From NCBI GenBank assembly GCA_046290225.1, contig JBKAGE010000075.1, positions 192,001-256,000 of the forward strand: a stretch of DNA of 64,000 nt. The letters run 5' to 3'. The position numbers and the translations under genes were made by a program. This document shows positions 46,169 through 55,435 of the stretch, in pieces; positions within the stretch are counted from its first letter, which is position 1; every line of letters starts with the position of its first letter. The notes under the pieces are model-generated. The model worked only from the letters and a program-made list of their open reading frames with translations, was not told where the DNA came from and made no database searches. This DNA is from Bradymonadia bacterium (lineage in GTDB: Bacteria; Myxococcota_A; Bradymonadia; UBA7976; UBA1532).

Positions 46169-47593
46169 TTACAGCAGTGACAACGCGATCTGAGACGACT
46201 GGTTCGACTGCGCCAGGATCGAGGTCCCAGCCTGCTGCAGGATCTGCGTACGGGTGAGGTCCGCGGTCTCCTGCGCGAAGTCGGCGTCCTGAATCCGGCT
46301 ACGTGCTGCAGCGAGGTTTTCAGAGGTGGCCGACAAGTTGTTGATCGTCGATTCGAGGCGGTTCTGCGTCGCACCGAGTGAAGATCGGGTCTCAGACAAA
46401 TAACTGAGCGCTTGATCCGCGATATCGATGGCTCTGTTGGCGCCATCTCTCGAGGTGATGTCGATGGTACTCACCGACGACGACGAGTTCTTGCCCAACA
46501 CGATGTTGCCTGCACCACCACCGAATCCGATGGCGCTTGACCCGTTCGCCGTGAGGGTCGCCGAGATGTTCTCGGACGATTGCAGCGTGACCGTACCTTG
46601 ACTCACCCCTGCGCCGAGACCCGTTCGGGCAGCCCCGGCCCCGGTGGCGGTCACCTCGATGTTTCGACCATCCACGGCGGTGAGCACCACGTTGTTACTT
46701 GAGTCCAGCGAGGCGATGACGCCCGTACTGTCCGCGTAGCTGTTGATGGTGTCCACCAGGGTGCCGTCGGCGTCGTCTGCCGATACCGTGACCCCCGTGA
46801 TGTCCTGGCCGTTGATGGTGATGAAGTTCGTGGCGTCGAGCGCACCACCGGCGACGTCGGCGTTGCCGTCATCGACGGTGGAGTTGGCGATGGCGGTGAC
46901 GTTGGTGAACTCCGAGGAGTCGTTGATGGCTGCAGCCTTGGCGATGGCCGAGCTGGTGGCCAGCGAGGTCGACACCGTGTCGTCCACGGCGTTCGTCGCC
47001 CGGATCGACACGTTGTTGATCACCACGTCGTTCGCCGCGATGGCCTGCGTACCGGCGGTGGAGCCGGTCTCTCGGGCGCTGGCGCCGAGGGCGGTGGACC
47101 GTGCGTCGCTGATGTTCACCGAGAGCGACTGGTTGGAATTGGCCCCGATTTGGAACCGCGCTCCGTTGAAGCTGCCGTCGAGGATGTTCTGGTTGTTGAA
47201 CGTGGTGTTGTTGCCGATGCGGTCCAGCTCGCTCACGAGCTGATCCACCTCGTCTTGCAGGTTCTGACGGTCGGCATCGGTGTTGGTATCGTTTGCCGCC
47301 TGCACGGCGAGCTCACGCATCCGCTGCACGATGTCGGTGGATTCCTGCAGGGCACCTTCAGCAGTCTGCACGAGACTGATGCCGTCGTTGGCGTTTCGCA
47401 CCGCCTGGTTGAGGCCGCGGACCTGAGCGGTCATGCGGTTCGAGATGGCCAGACCGGCGGCGTCGTCTTTGGCGCTGTTGATGCGCAGACCGCTGGACAA
47501 CCGCTCGAACGAGGTGCTCAGCTTCTTGCTGGTCTTGTTGAGAGTGTTCTGAGCGCCCAGGGATCGAGCGTTCGTGTTGACGAAAAGACCCAT
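46169..47593 (-). CDS. fliC: Flagellin (copy 1)
   Basis: ERLSSGLRINSAKDDAAGLAI; ARSRIQDADFA; ILQQAG. Confidence 0.96.
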   Translation of the reverse strand: MGLFVNTNARSLGAQNTLNKTSKKLSTSFERLSSGLRINSAKDDAAGLAISNRMTAQVRGLNQAVRNANDGISLVQTAEGALQESTDIVQRMRELAVQAANDTNTDADRQNLQDEVDQLVSELDRIGNNTTFNNQNILDGSFNGARFQIGANSNQSLSVNISDARSTALGASARETGSTAGTQAIAANDVVINNVSIRATNAVDDTVSTSLATSSAIAKAAAINDSSEFTNVTAIANSTVDDGNADVAGGALDATNFITINGQDITGVTVSADDADGTLVDTINSYADSTGVIASLDSSNNVVLTAVDGRNIEVTATGAGAARTGLGAGVSQGTVTLQSSENISATLTANGSSAIGFGGGAGNIVLGKNSSSSVSTIDITSRDGANRAIDIADQALSYLSETRSSLGATQNRLESTINNLSATSENLAAARSRIQDADFAQETADLTRTQILQQAGTSILAQSNQSSQIALSLL

Positions 47594-47815
47594 GTGATCC
47601 TCCTTGGATACAAAAATCGGGCAGACTTCCGCGTCTCCCCGGCGATCCCGCCCGACCCCTCGAGCGTTCACGCAACCGTTTCAGGCTGACCAGGGACCCT
47701 CCCGAATCAGCCCTCACGAGCTGTGGTCTCCAACACTGCCGACCCATGGCAGGCTCAACGCAGTCGACCCAAAAATGACCGCGTCAGAGCACGTGGAGTC
47801 CACCTCTCAACGCTG

Positions 47816-47842
47816 ACATCGGCGGTCTCAAACGGGAGTTGA
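47816..47842 (-). promoter_or_regulatory. Sigma28-like promoter of flagellin copy 1
   Basis: Minus strand TCAAC-N14-GCCGATGT with a T-tract upstream. Confidence 0.7.
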
Positions 47843-48081
47843 GAAAAAAAAGAAGAAGGCGCCATTTTGGGGTCGCCACGACCCGGGTGGGTCATGACGG
47901 ATACGCCTCGAATTGGGCGGGGTCGACAACAGACAAAAAAGGGGAGATCTCGGGGCAGGCGCGCGGAGCCGCAGGCGCGGCAGCGGTGCAGTCGCCTCAG
48001 GCGACAAACGGGTGTCGAGTGGGGTGTTGAATACGTAGCGAGCTACGCCGCCACCGCGCGCCTCGGTTGAATCCGACCCGA

Positions 48082-49509
48082 TTAACCGAGGAGGTTCAGG
48101 GCGATGTTCGGCCCCTGGTTGGCCTGAGCGAGAATCGAGGTGCTGGCCTGCTGCAGGATCTGGTTTCGCGTCATCATCGCCGTCTCAGAGGCGAAGTCGG
48201 CGTCTTGAATCCGGCTTCGAGAGGCGGCGAGGTTCTGACTGGTGGCCGACATGTTGTTGATGGCCGATTCCATCCGGTTCATGAAGGCGCCGAGCCCGGA
48301 TCTCTGTTTCGACACTTGATCGATGGCCACATCGAGGATGTCGATGGCCGTATTGGCCCCATCTCTCGAGGTGATGTCCACCGCGCTCGTGGCGAAGTTG
48401 CTGTTGACCCCGAAGACCACGTTGCCCGCACCACCGCCGAAGCCGATGGCCGTCGAGCCGTTCGCCGTGAGGGTCATGTCGATGTTCGCTTCCGATTGCA
48501 ACGTGATGCTGCCTTGGGTGACCCCGGCGGCGAGGCCCGTTCGGGCTGCCCCGGCCCCTGTAGCCGTCACTTCGATGTTTCGACCATCATTGGCCGTGAG
48601 CACCACGTTGTTGCTGTCGTCGAGAGACGCCACCACCCCCGTCGTGTCGGTATATGCGTTGATCGCATCCACCAGGGTGCTGTCGGCGTCATCTGCCGCC
48701 ACCGTGATCCCGGTGATGTTCTGACCGTTGATGGTGATGAAGTTCGTGGCGTCGAGCACACCACCGGCGACGTCGGCGTTGCCGCTGTCCACCGAGGAGT
48801 TGACGATGGCCTTCACATTGGTGAACTCCGAGGAGTCGTTGATGGCTGAAGCCTTGGCGATGGCCGAGCTGGTGGCCAGCGAGGTCGACACCGTGTCGTC
48901 CACGGCGTTCGTCGCCCGGATCGACACGTTGTTGATCACCACGTCGTTCGCCGCGATGGCCTGCGTACCGGTGGCCACGCCGTCGTTGCGTGACTGCTTC
49001 CCCAGAGCGGTGGAGCGGGCGTCGGAGATGTTCAGATCGACGGTCTGACGTGAGTTCGATCCCGAGTGCACCCGCATCCCGATGAAGCTGCCATCGAGGA
49101 TGTTCCGGTTGTTGAACGTGGTGTTGTTGCCGATGCGGTCCAGCTCGCTCACGAGCTGATCCACCTCGTCCTGCAGGTTCTGACGGTCTGCAGTGGTGTT
49201 GGTGTCGTTTGCCGCCTGCACAGCGAGCTCACGCATTCGCTGCAAGATCGAGCCGGTTTCGTCCAGGGCACCCTCTGCGGTCTGGGCCAGAGAGATGCCG
49301 TCGTTCGAGTTTCGGACTGCCTGGTTCAGTCCTCGGACCTGTGAGGTCATTCGGTTGGCGATGGCCAGGCCAGCGGCGTCGTCTTTGGCGCTGTTGATGC
49401 GCATACCGCTGGAGAGACGTTCAAAAGATCGGCTGAGGCCGTTGCTGCTCTTGCGAAGCTGCCGTTGTGCGTTCAGCGAAGAGGCGTTGGTGTTGACGTA
49501 AAGACCCAT
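48082..49509 (-). CDS. fliC: Flagellin (copy 2)
   Basis: ERLSSGMRINSAKDDAAG; SRSRIQDADFASE. Confidence 0.96.
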   Translation of the reverse strand: MGLYVNTNASSLNAQRQLRKSSNGLSRSFERLSSGMRINSAKDDAAGLAIANRMTSQVRGLNQAVRNSNDGISLAQTAEGALDETGSILQRMRELAVQAANDTNTTADRQNLQDEVDQLVSELDRIGNNTTFNNRNILDGSFIGMRVHSGSNSRQTVDLNISDARSTALGKQSRNDGVATGTQAIAANDVVINNVSIRATNAVDDTVSTSLATSSAIAKASAINDSSEFTNVKAIVNSSVDSGNADVAGGVLDATNFITINGQNITGITVAADDADSTLVDAINAYTDTTGVVASLDDSNNVVLTANDGRNIEVTATGAGAARTGLAAGVTQGSITLQSEANIDMTLTANGSTAIGFGGGAGNVVFGVNSNFATSAVDITSRDGANTAIDILDVAIDQVSKQRSGLGAFMNRMESAINNMSATSQNLAASRSRIQDADFASETAMMTRNQILQQASTSILAQANQGPNIALNLLG

Positions 49510-49773
49510 GAATCACTCCTTGATGGGCATGAAGGAGACGAACCTTGTCTCCTCGTTGGCGGAAACTGTCAGGGCCAGCGGCCTCCGCCCCGGTCCGACG
49601 GGTCCCCACGTGGGGGGCGTCGCTTCGGGGAAGGGGGGCTGTCTCGCCCGGAGTCCGCCGGATGGCCTCGACTCAGGGCGGGGAATCTGCTCCGGTACGT
49701 CCGGCGCCGTCGTCGGCTGCCCGGGCCCGGGGGTGTCTTACGGGGGGCGCGCATCTTCATGTGTTCGACTCCC

Positions 49774-51204
49774 TTAGCCGCCGATGAGGGAGAGGGCGGC
49801 CTGGGGTGCCTGGTTGGCCTGCGCCAGAATCGAGGTGCTCGCCTGCTGGAGGATCTGGTTCCGAGTCATCATGGCCGACTCAGAGGCGAAGTCGGCGTCC
49901 ATGATGCGGCTGCGAGAAGACGACAGGTTCTCGGAGATGGCCGACAGGTTGGCGATGGTGCTCTCGAACCTGTTCTGCAGGGCGCCGAGGCTGGACCGGG
50001 TGCTGCTCACCTGCTCCAGGGCGCGGTCCACCACGTCGATGGTGCGGTTCGCTGCCTCTCGAGTGAGCACATTGGTCGTCGACACCGAGTTCGCCGTGTT
50101 CACCCCGATGATGGAGGCGGCGGCGAAACCGACGCGGTCTGTGTTGTTTCCGGTGATGGAGACCTGGTTGTCACTGCTCAGCTCAAGCTCGGCCAGCGTC
50201 ACCGACGCCCCCGCTGCACCACCGTTCAAGCCCGTGATGTTGCCGCCGTTGCCTACGGTGATGACCTCGATGTTGCGTCCATCCGAGGCTGTGAGTTGCA
50301 GCTGGCTGTTCTGGTCGAGGGAGGCCACGACCCCCGTCTGGTCAGTGACGGCGTTGATTTGTTGGATCAAGGTGTCGCTGGCGTCGTCGGCGTCGAGGGT
50401 GAAGCCGGTGACGATGACCCCGTTGAGCTGGATGTAGTTGTTGGCGTCCAAGGTGCCGCCGGCCACCGCGGTGCCGGAGCTGATCTGAGTCTCCAGGGCT
50501 CGAGCGGTGACGCCGGTGAAGGCGGAGCTGTCGTTGATGGCGCTGGCCTTGGCGATGGCGGAGCTGGTGGCCAGCGAGGTGGACACCGTGTCGTCAGAGG
50601 CCGCCGTGGCGCGGATGCTGGTGGTGTTGATGACCAGATCGTTGGCGGCGAGGGTCTGACTGGACACCGCGTTGGTCTGGGCCACCGCGGCGCGACCCAG
50701 AGCGGTGGCTCGGGAGTCGTTGATGCTCATGCGCAGCCCCTGGCGGCTGTTGGAGCCGAGCTGCACGAAGTTGTCGATGAAGGTGCCGTCGAGGATGTTC
50801 TGGTTGTTGAACGTGGTGGTGTCCCCGATGCGGTTCAGTTCGGAGATGAGCTGCTGGATCTCGTCGTCGATGCTCTGCCGGTCGGTGGCAGTGTTCACGT
50901 CGGAGGCCGCCTGGATGGAGAGCTCGCGCATCCGCTGCAAGATGTTGGTGGTCTCGTCGAGGGCGCCTTCAGCGGTCTGAGCGAGGCTGATGGCGTCGTT
51001 GGTGTTCCGGATCGCCTGGTTCATGCCCCGAATCTGGGCGGTCATCCGGGTGCTGATCGACATACCGGCGGCGTCGTCTTTGGCGCTGTTGATGCGCAGA
51101 CCGCTGGACAACCGCTCGAAGGACCGGTTCAGGCCGTTGGTGCTCTTGAGAAGGCGGCGCTGACCATTGAGGGATGCAACGTTGGTGTTGACGTAGAGAC
51201 CCAT
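49774..51204 (-). CDS. fliC: Flagellin (copy 3)
   Basis: ERLSSGLRINSAKDDAAG; SRSRIMDADFASE. Confidence 0.96.
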   Translation of the reverse strand: MGLYVNTNVASLNGQRRLLKSTNGLNRSFERLSSGLRINSAKDDAAGMSISTRMTAQIRGMNQAIRNTNDAISLAQTAEGALDETTNILQRMRELSIQAASDVNTATDRQSIDDEIQQLISELNRIGDTTTFNNQNILDGTFIDNFVQLGSNSRQGLRMSINDSRATALGRAAVAQTNAVSSQTLAANDLVINTTSIRATAASDDTVSTSLATSSAIAKASAINDSSAFTGVTARALETQISSGTAVAGGTLDANNYIQLNGVIVTGFTLDADDASDTLIQQINAVTDQTGVVASLDQNSQLQLTASDGRNIEVITVGNGGNITGLNGGAAGASVTLAELELSSDNQVSITGNNTDRVGFAAASIIGVNTANSVSTTNVLTREAANRTIDVVDRALEQVSSTRSSLGALQNRFESTIANLSAISENLSSSRSRIMDADFASESAMMTRNQILQQASTSILAQANQAPQAALSLIGG

Positions 51205-51365
51205 GATTTCTCTCCTTGAGAAAAACCGCTGAGTCCCGTCAAAGACTCATTGGCCGGCGTCCGTGCCGTAGGTTGGGTGTATTCGATATGGCATTGGCTA
51301 AATGCCAGTGCCTATGTGATGAAATGACTGTTTCTGTTTCTCTCAGTTCGGTCGTTTCATGCACT

Positions 51366-51392
51366 TCATCGTCGGTGATGTTGGATAGGTGA
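51366..51392 (-). promoter_or_regulatory. Sigma28-like promoter of flagellin copy 3
   Basis: Minus strand TCACC-N14-GACGATGA. Confidence 0.65.
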
Positions 51393-51532
51393 GAACTGTT
51401 TTTGTGTTGGGTGTTCGTTGTGAAATAAGGTGTGAAACAGTTCTGTAATGCGTGTGTTTAACTGTGTGCGATAGGTTGGGTGGTAACCTCGCACGGGTAA
51501 TCTTTGGGGCGCCTTCAAGGGGGGCTGCAAAG

Positions 51533-51638
51533 CGTCAGCGGTTTGACGTGCAAGCGCCAGAGGCTCAACGAGTGACAAAGGGGGATGGCGGCAAAACGGC
51601 CTGAGCGCTCACTGAGCCACTCTGGCACGCTCCGTGAA
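51533..51638 (+). promoter_or_regulatory. CGTCA-N6-TGACG palindrome plus sigma54-like promoter of the GGDEF gene
   Basis: cgtcagcggtttgacg at 51533-51548; TGGCACGCTCCGTGAA at 51623-51638 (-12 box reads GA instead of GC). Confidence 0.5.
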
Positions 51639-51683
51639 GAGTAAGGCGCAGCGACACCGCTCAGACTGGAGAGGAATGCCCTG

Positions 51684-52709
51684 ATGGAGCCGCAACACGC
51701 CAATCACGCAGTGGAAGATGTTGAGCAACTCGGCAAGCTCCTGAACTTTGCCGACGTGTGTACCCAGTCCTTGGAGATAGACACCGTGCTCGCCCGAGCA
51801 TCGGCCACCATCATCGAGTGGGGGCTCGCCGACGCCGTGGGCATCGCCTTTCCCGAAGGCATGCTGGGGTCGGAGCCCGTTCTGCACGTTTCCAGCGGCA
51901 CACCTCTGGTGTCGACCAGCGAGCAGCAGATTCACAGTGGCCTGCTTGAGGGCCTCGTAGAGACCGGGTTGTGCCACGAGCGCCCCGAGCGGTATCGCTG
52001 TGTCCCTGGCCCCAGTCTGACACCCATCCGCGAGGCTGTGCGGCAGGATCAGGCCTTCACGCTGTTTCGGATCACGCTGGGTACGGACGACGTGCACTAC
52101 GCCACGTTGACCCTCTATGGGTTCCAGGACTGGATCCTGTCACCTCGATCCATCCGCTTGATCAAGCGGGCCGCCATGTTTCTGGGCCGAGCCCTGCAGA
52201 ACGCGCTGTGCCTGATCGACCTCGAGCGCTCCACCACCGAGGATCACCTCACGGGGGCGCTCAACCGCCGCGGGTACGAGCGCTCGATCAACCAGGAGTT
52301 CGAGCGGGCGCGCCGGGCCCGTCGGCACGTGGCGTTGATCTTGATTGACGTCGATCACTTCAAACAGATCAACGACACCCATGGTCACCCGTTGGGGGAC
52401 GAGGTCCTCGTGTCGATCGTCGCGCAGTCCAAAGAGGCGTTGCGGTGCAGTGACATCATCTGCCGGCTCGGCGGCGACGAGTTCGCCATCATCCTGCCCG
52501 AGGTGGGCGCCGAGGTGGCGGCTCAGGTGGCTCGCCGAGTGGCGGAGTCGTGCCAGAGCATCGAGATCGAAGGCACCCACATCACCTTGAGCATGGGGGT
52601 GGCGGCCTTTCAGCCCGACTGGTCGGCGACGCCGGAGTTGTTGCTCGAGGCCGCAGATCAGGCGTTGTACGCCTCAAAACGCAACGGTCGTGCACAGGTC
52701 AGTCTCTGA
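51684..52709 (+). CDS. Diguanylate cyclase (GAF-like domain plus GGDEF)
   Basis: DHLTGALNRR, DVDHFKQINDTHGH..GD, RCSD I-site, RLGGDEF, ADQALYASKRNGR. Confidence 0.92.
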   Translation: MEPQHANHAVEDVEQLGKLLNFADVCTQSLEIDTVLARASATIIEWGLADAVGIAFPEGMLGSEPVLHVSSGTPLVSTSEQQIHSGLLEGLVETGLCHERPERYRCVPGPSLTPIREAVRQDQAFTLFRITLGTDDVHYATLTLYGFQDWILSPRSIRLIKRAAMFLGRALQNALCLIDLERSTTEDHLTGALNRRGYERSINQEFERARRARRHVALILIDVDHFKQINDTHGHPLGDEVLVSIVAQSKEALRCSDIICRLGGDEFAIILPEVGAEVAAQVARRVAESCQSIEIEGTHITLSMGVAAFQPDWSATPELLLEAADQALYASKRNGRAQVSL

Positions 52710-52772
52710 TTCTTGAACCACTCGCCATCCGCCCCCTAATATCGCCCTCCAGCGCACAGCGTGGAGAAAGAT

Positions 52773-54236
52773 ATGCGATCTCGGGTGCTCAGCACATGTT
52801 TGGCCATCAGCGGTTTGTTGGTGGGATGTGGTGGTGATGACAGTGGTGGTGACGAGCAGGGTCCGCCGGATGCTTTCGTCGGCGGTGGCGCCGGCGGAGG
52901 AGAGGGCGGCGCCGGTGGCGGTGGCGAAGGTGGAATGGCCGGAGGCGGCGGCGGTGAAGAGCGCGTCCGTATGTCGTTCGTCCGCCGAATCGAGCCTCGA
53001 GACGGGGGCAGCCTCACCAATGACCTCGTGGTCTTCGACATCCAGGATGGCGTAGAGCACAACCTCACCGCAGGCCTCGATGGCGAGGTGGACTGTGGCG
53101 CCCGCCTCTGCGCCCTCAACGCCTCCATGACCACCCTGGGCTGGCTGCAGCGGGGTGACTCCGGTCGCTTCTCTCTCTTTGTGGCCCCTGTGGAGGTCAC
53201 CTCCAACGTCGAAGACATGCGCGTGCTCATCGATCAGAAGCGCGAGGTCGACACCGACGTGATCTCCTTCGCCTTCACCGGTGACGATGTCGTGGGTGAT
53301 CTGGTGGTCTACAGCCGCGGCACTGCCGCAGGCGCTCAGGATCTGCTCGATGTGATCGCCGTACCTGTGACCGGCGAAGACGAGGCGGCTTGTCCGAGCA
53401 TTGAAGAGCCTTACAAGTGCAAGCAGATCGTCGGCAGCGTGAACGTCAACGGCGGCTTCAAGGTGGGCTCCCGGGGTCGGGTGGTCATTCGGGCCACCAC
53501 TGATCTCTCGTCGATGACCATCGGTTTCACCAACCTGGTCACCGGCGCACAGCAGGACCTCTACATCTTCGGTGAAATGGGGGGCACCGGCTCGATGTTC
53601 TCCGGCACCCTGCCCATCGGCCTCTCTCCTGATGGCTCCTACCTTGCGGTCTTCACCGACAGCAACTTCATGTGGCGCATGAACATCCTGCAGGTGGTGC
53701 CCAACCCGCCGCCGCCCGAGGTGATCGATCTCTTCGAGAGCCCCACCAACCCCGACGGCACGTGTGCACGTCAGGCGCCCTTCAACTTCAACCAGGTGCG
53801 TTTCGACCCCCGCTTCACCGCCAATGGGGAGCAGATGTTCTTCCTGGCGACGGGCGATTGCTCCATCCGGAACACCGCTGGGGCCAGCCGCGACGACTTC
53901 GACATTCTCTCCGTCGATCCCTCGACCCCGAGCACCGATGCCATCGCCAACATCACCAACAACCCCCGGGCCAACCACTGGAGCAACCACTCGATTCAGT
54001 ACTACGACCTGTCGCCCGACGGCTCCCAGGTGGCCTTCATCGCCCCCCGGGAGTTCGACATTCAGAGTCACTCGATTTGGGTGATGGACGTAGAGAGCGG
54101 TGAGTTCGATTGCACACAGGGCACCTCCTCACCGGGCATCGATGGCCGAGATCGTTGCGAGTTCGTCAGCGGCGAGGTTCAGAACGCTTCAGTGAAGCAT
54201 CGCAACCTGCAGTATCACACCGTCACGGCCCGCTGA
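52773..54236 (+). CDS. Lipoprotein with TolB-like beta-propeller
   Basis: Lipobox LVGC, Gly-rich linker, LSPDGSYLAV, PRFTANGEQMFF, LSPDGSQVAF. Confidence 0.75.
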   Translation: MRSRVLSTCLAISGLLVGCGGDDSGGDEQGPPDAFVGGGAGGGEGGAGGGGEGGMAGGGGGEERVRMSFVRRIEPRDGGSLTNDLVVFDIQDGVEHNLTAGLDGEVDCGARLCALNASMTTLGWLQRGDSGRFSLFVAPVEVTSNVEDMRVLIDQKREVDTDVISFAFTGDDVVGDLVVYSRGTAAGAQDLLDVIAVPVTGEDEAACPSIEEPYKCKQIVGSVNVNGGFKVGSRGRVVIRATTDLSSMTIGFTNLVTGAQQDLYIFGEMGGTGSMFSGTLPIGLSPDGSYLAVFTDSNFMWRMNILQVVPNPPPPEVIDLFESPTNPDGTCARQAPFNFNQVRFDPRFTANGEQMFFLATGDCSIRNTAGASRDDFDILSVDPSTPSTDAIANITNNPRANHWSNHSIQYYDLSPDGSQVAFIAPREFDIQSHSIWVMDVESGEFDCTQGTSSPGIDGRDRCEFVSGEVQNASVKHRNLQYHTVTAR

Positions 54237-54990
54237 GCGGTAGATCGAAGCTGACGCCTGTCGGCTGACCCTCAGCTGAGGCGCCCTCGATGAAGGGCCC
54301 TCGAGCCCAGCCCTCCAAAAGACGCCGAGCGACGTAGAGCCCGAGACCGTGCCCTGGGGCATGGGTCAACCTGAGGCCCATCTCAAAGGCCCGCTCATGA
54401 TCCTCAGAGGGGATCCCTGGTCCATCATCCCAGACTGTGAGTCGACACCATCCAGGCTCGCCTGTGGTGTCGAAGGTGATGCGCACAGGTGGGGCACCGT
54501 GCACCACCGCATTCTTCAGGATGGCGTTCAGGGCCGCGAGCGCTCGCTCAGGCGCAATCCGAACATGCACGTCAGAGAGGGGCGCTGGTTCGATCGGGTG
54601 CTCAGGGTGAGCCTTCCGTAGAGACTTCAGCGCCTGTCGGGCGAGCATCTCAACGGGGTGTGTGCTCAGCCGTGGCGAATGCCGCGCATCTCTGAGCAGC
54701 AACAAGCTCATGGCCACGAGATCGTCGATGCGATCGATGGCACCAGAAATGCGATCGAGGCTATCCTTGGCCTCACCTGTCTCTGGATCACCGAGCAAAT
54801 CGGAGAGCTCATCCCGATCACAATCGATCGATCTCAGCCGAGCCCGCAAATCATGAGACAGGAGAGATGAGAGCTGCCCGATCTCCTGCTCCGTGGAGAT
54901 GAGTCGTACACGCAAGCCTTCGTAAGCCTTGCGAAGCGCATCTACATCATCTGGAGGGGGAGGTGGTGGCGGGGGTGGGGTGTAGGGCAA
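54223..54990 (-). CDS. Histidine kinase without a sensor domain
   Basis: H-box SHDLR, N-box ILKNAVVH, G1 DDGPGI, G2 GHGLGLY. Confidence 0.8.
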   Translation of the reverse strand: MPYTPPPPPPPPPDDVDALRKAYEGLRVRLISTEQEIGQLSSLLSHDLRARLRSIDCDRDELSDLLGDPETGEAKDSLDRISGAIDRIDDLVAMSLLLLRDARHSPRLSTHPVEMLARQALKSLRKAHPEHPIEPAPLSDVHVRIAPERALAALNAILKNAVVHGAPPVRITFDTTGEPGWCRLTVWDDGPGIPSEDHERAFEMGLRLTHAPGHGLGLYVARRLLEGWARGPFIEGASAEGQPTGVSFDLPLSGP

Positions 54991-55034
54991 TGGTCGTGGT
55001 TGGAAAAAGAGGAGAGCCCAGAGGGCTCAAATGC

Positions 55035-55220
55035 TCATGCCTCGTCGTCGTCGGGCTCGTTGATCGAGGGGTACTTGCTGATCTCCTTGCGGGCGATCTT
55101 CCAGGCTTTCTGCACGATCCAGGACAGCGAACGGTCCTGGCGAGCGGCTTCAGCCTGGATTTCCTTGAGCATTTCCTCGGGGAAGTAAAGGCTCTGCTTA
55201 CGCTTATCTGAACCCCCCAT
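55035..55220 (-). CDS. Myxobacterial small protein, MXAN_4361/4362 (TIGR04563) family
   Basis: DKRKQSLYFPEEMLKEIQAEAARQDRSLSWIVQKAWKIAR; AGAGGAG RBS. Confidence 0.88.
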   Translation of the reverse strand: MGGSDKRKQSLYFPEEMLKEIQAEAARQDRSLSWIVQKAWKIARKEISKYPSINEPDDDEA

Positions 55221-55435
55221 GTGCTCCTCTCTATGGTGTGTGGGTGGTGGTTTTTATCTGCCCGCGGTCATCCCGTGAGCAATCGATGTCCTAGTCTGAC
55301 CACAATTGGCCGCTCGGCTCAACTTTTTATGAGATCGAAGGGCGAACAGGTGGGGATTTCGACGGTCCGGGCGGCGAGAGGTTTCGCGTGGTTGAGCCGT
55401 CGTGGCGCCTCGGCAGAGGGGAACGACCGCGTGTG

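Noticed and set aside
27903..51204. Flagellar cluster as a mobile island
   Set aside because: No integrase, transposase, tRNA or flanking direct repeats seen; coding GC looks similar to the flanks.
49465..51219. 584-aa plus-strand ORF
   Set aside because: Antisense shadow of flagellin copy 3.
51418..51436. CRP site (TGTGA half-sites)
   Set aside because: No matching TCACA half-site at N6 spacing.
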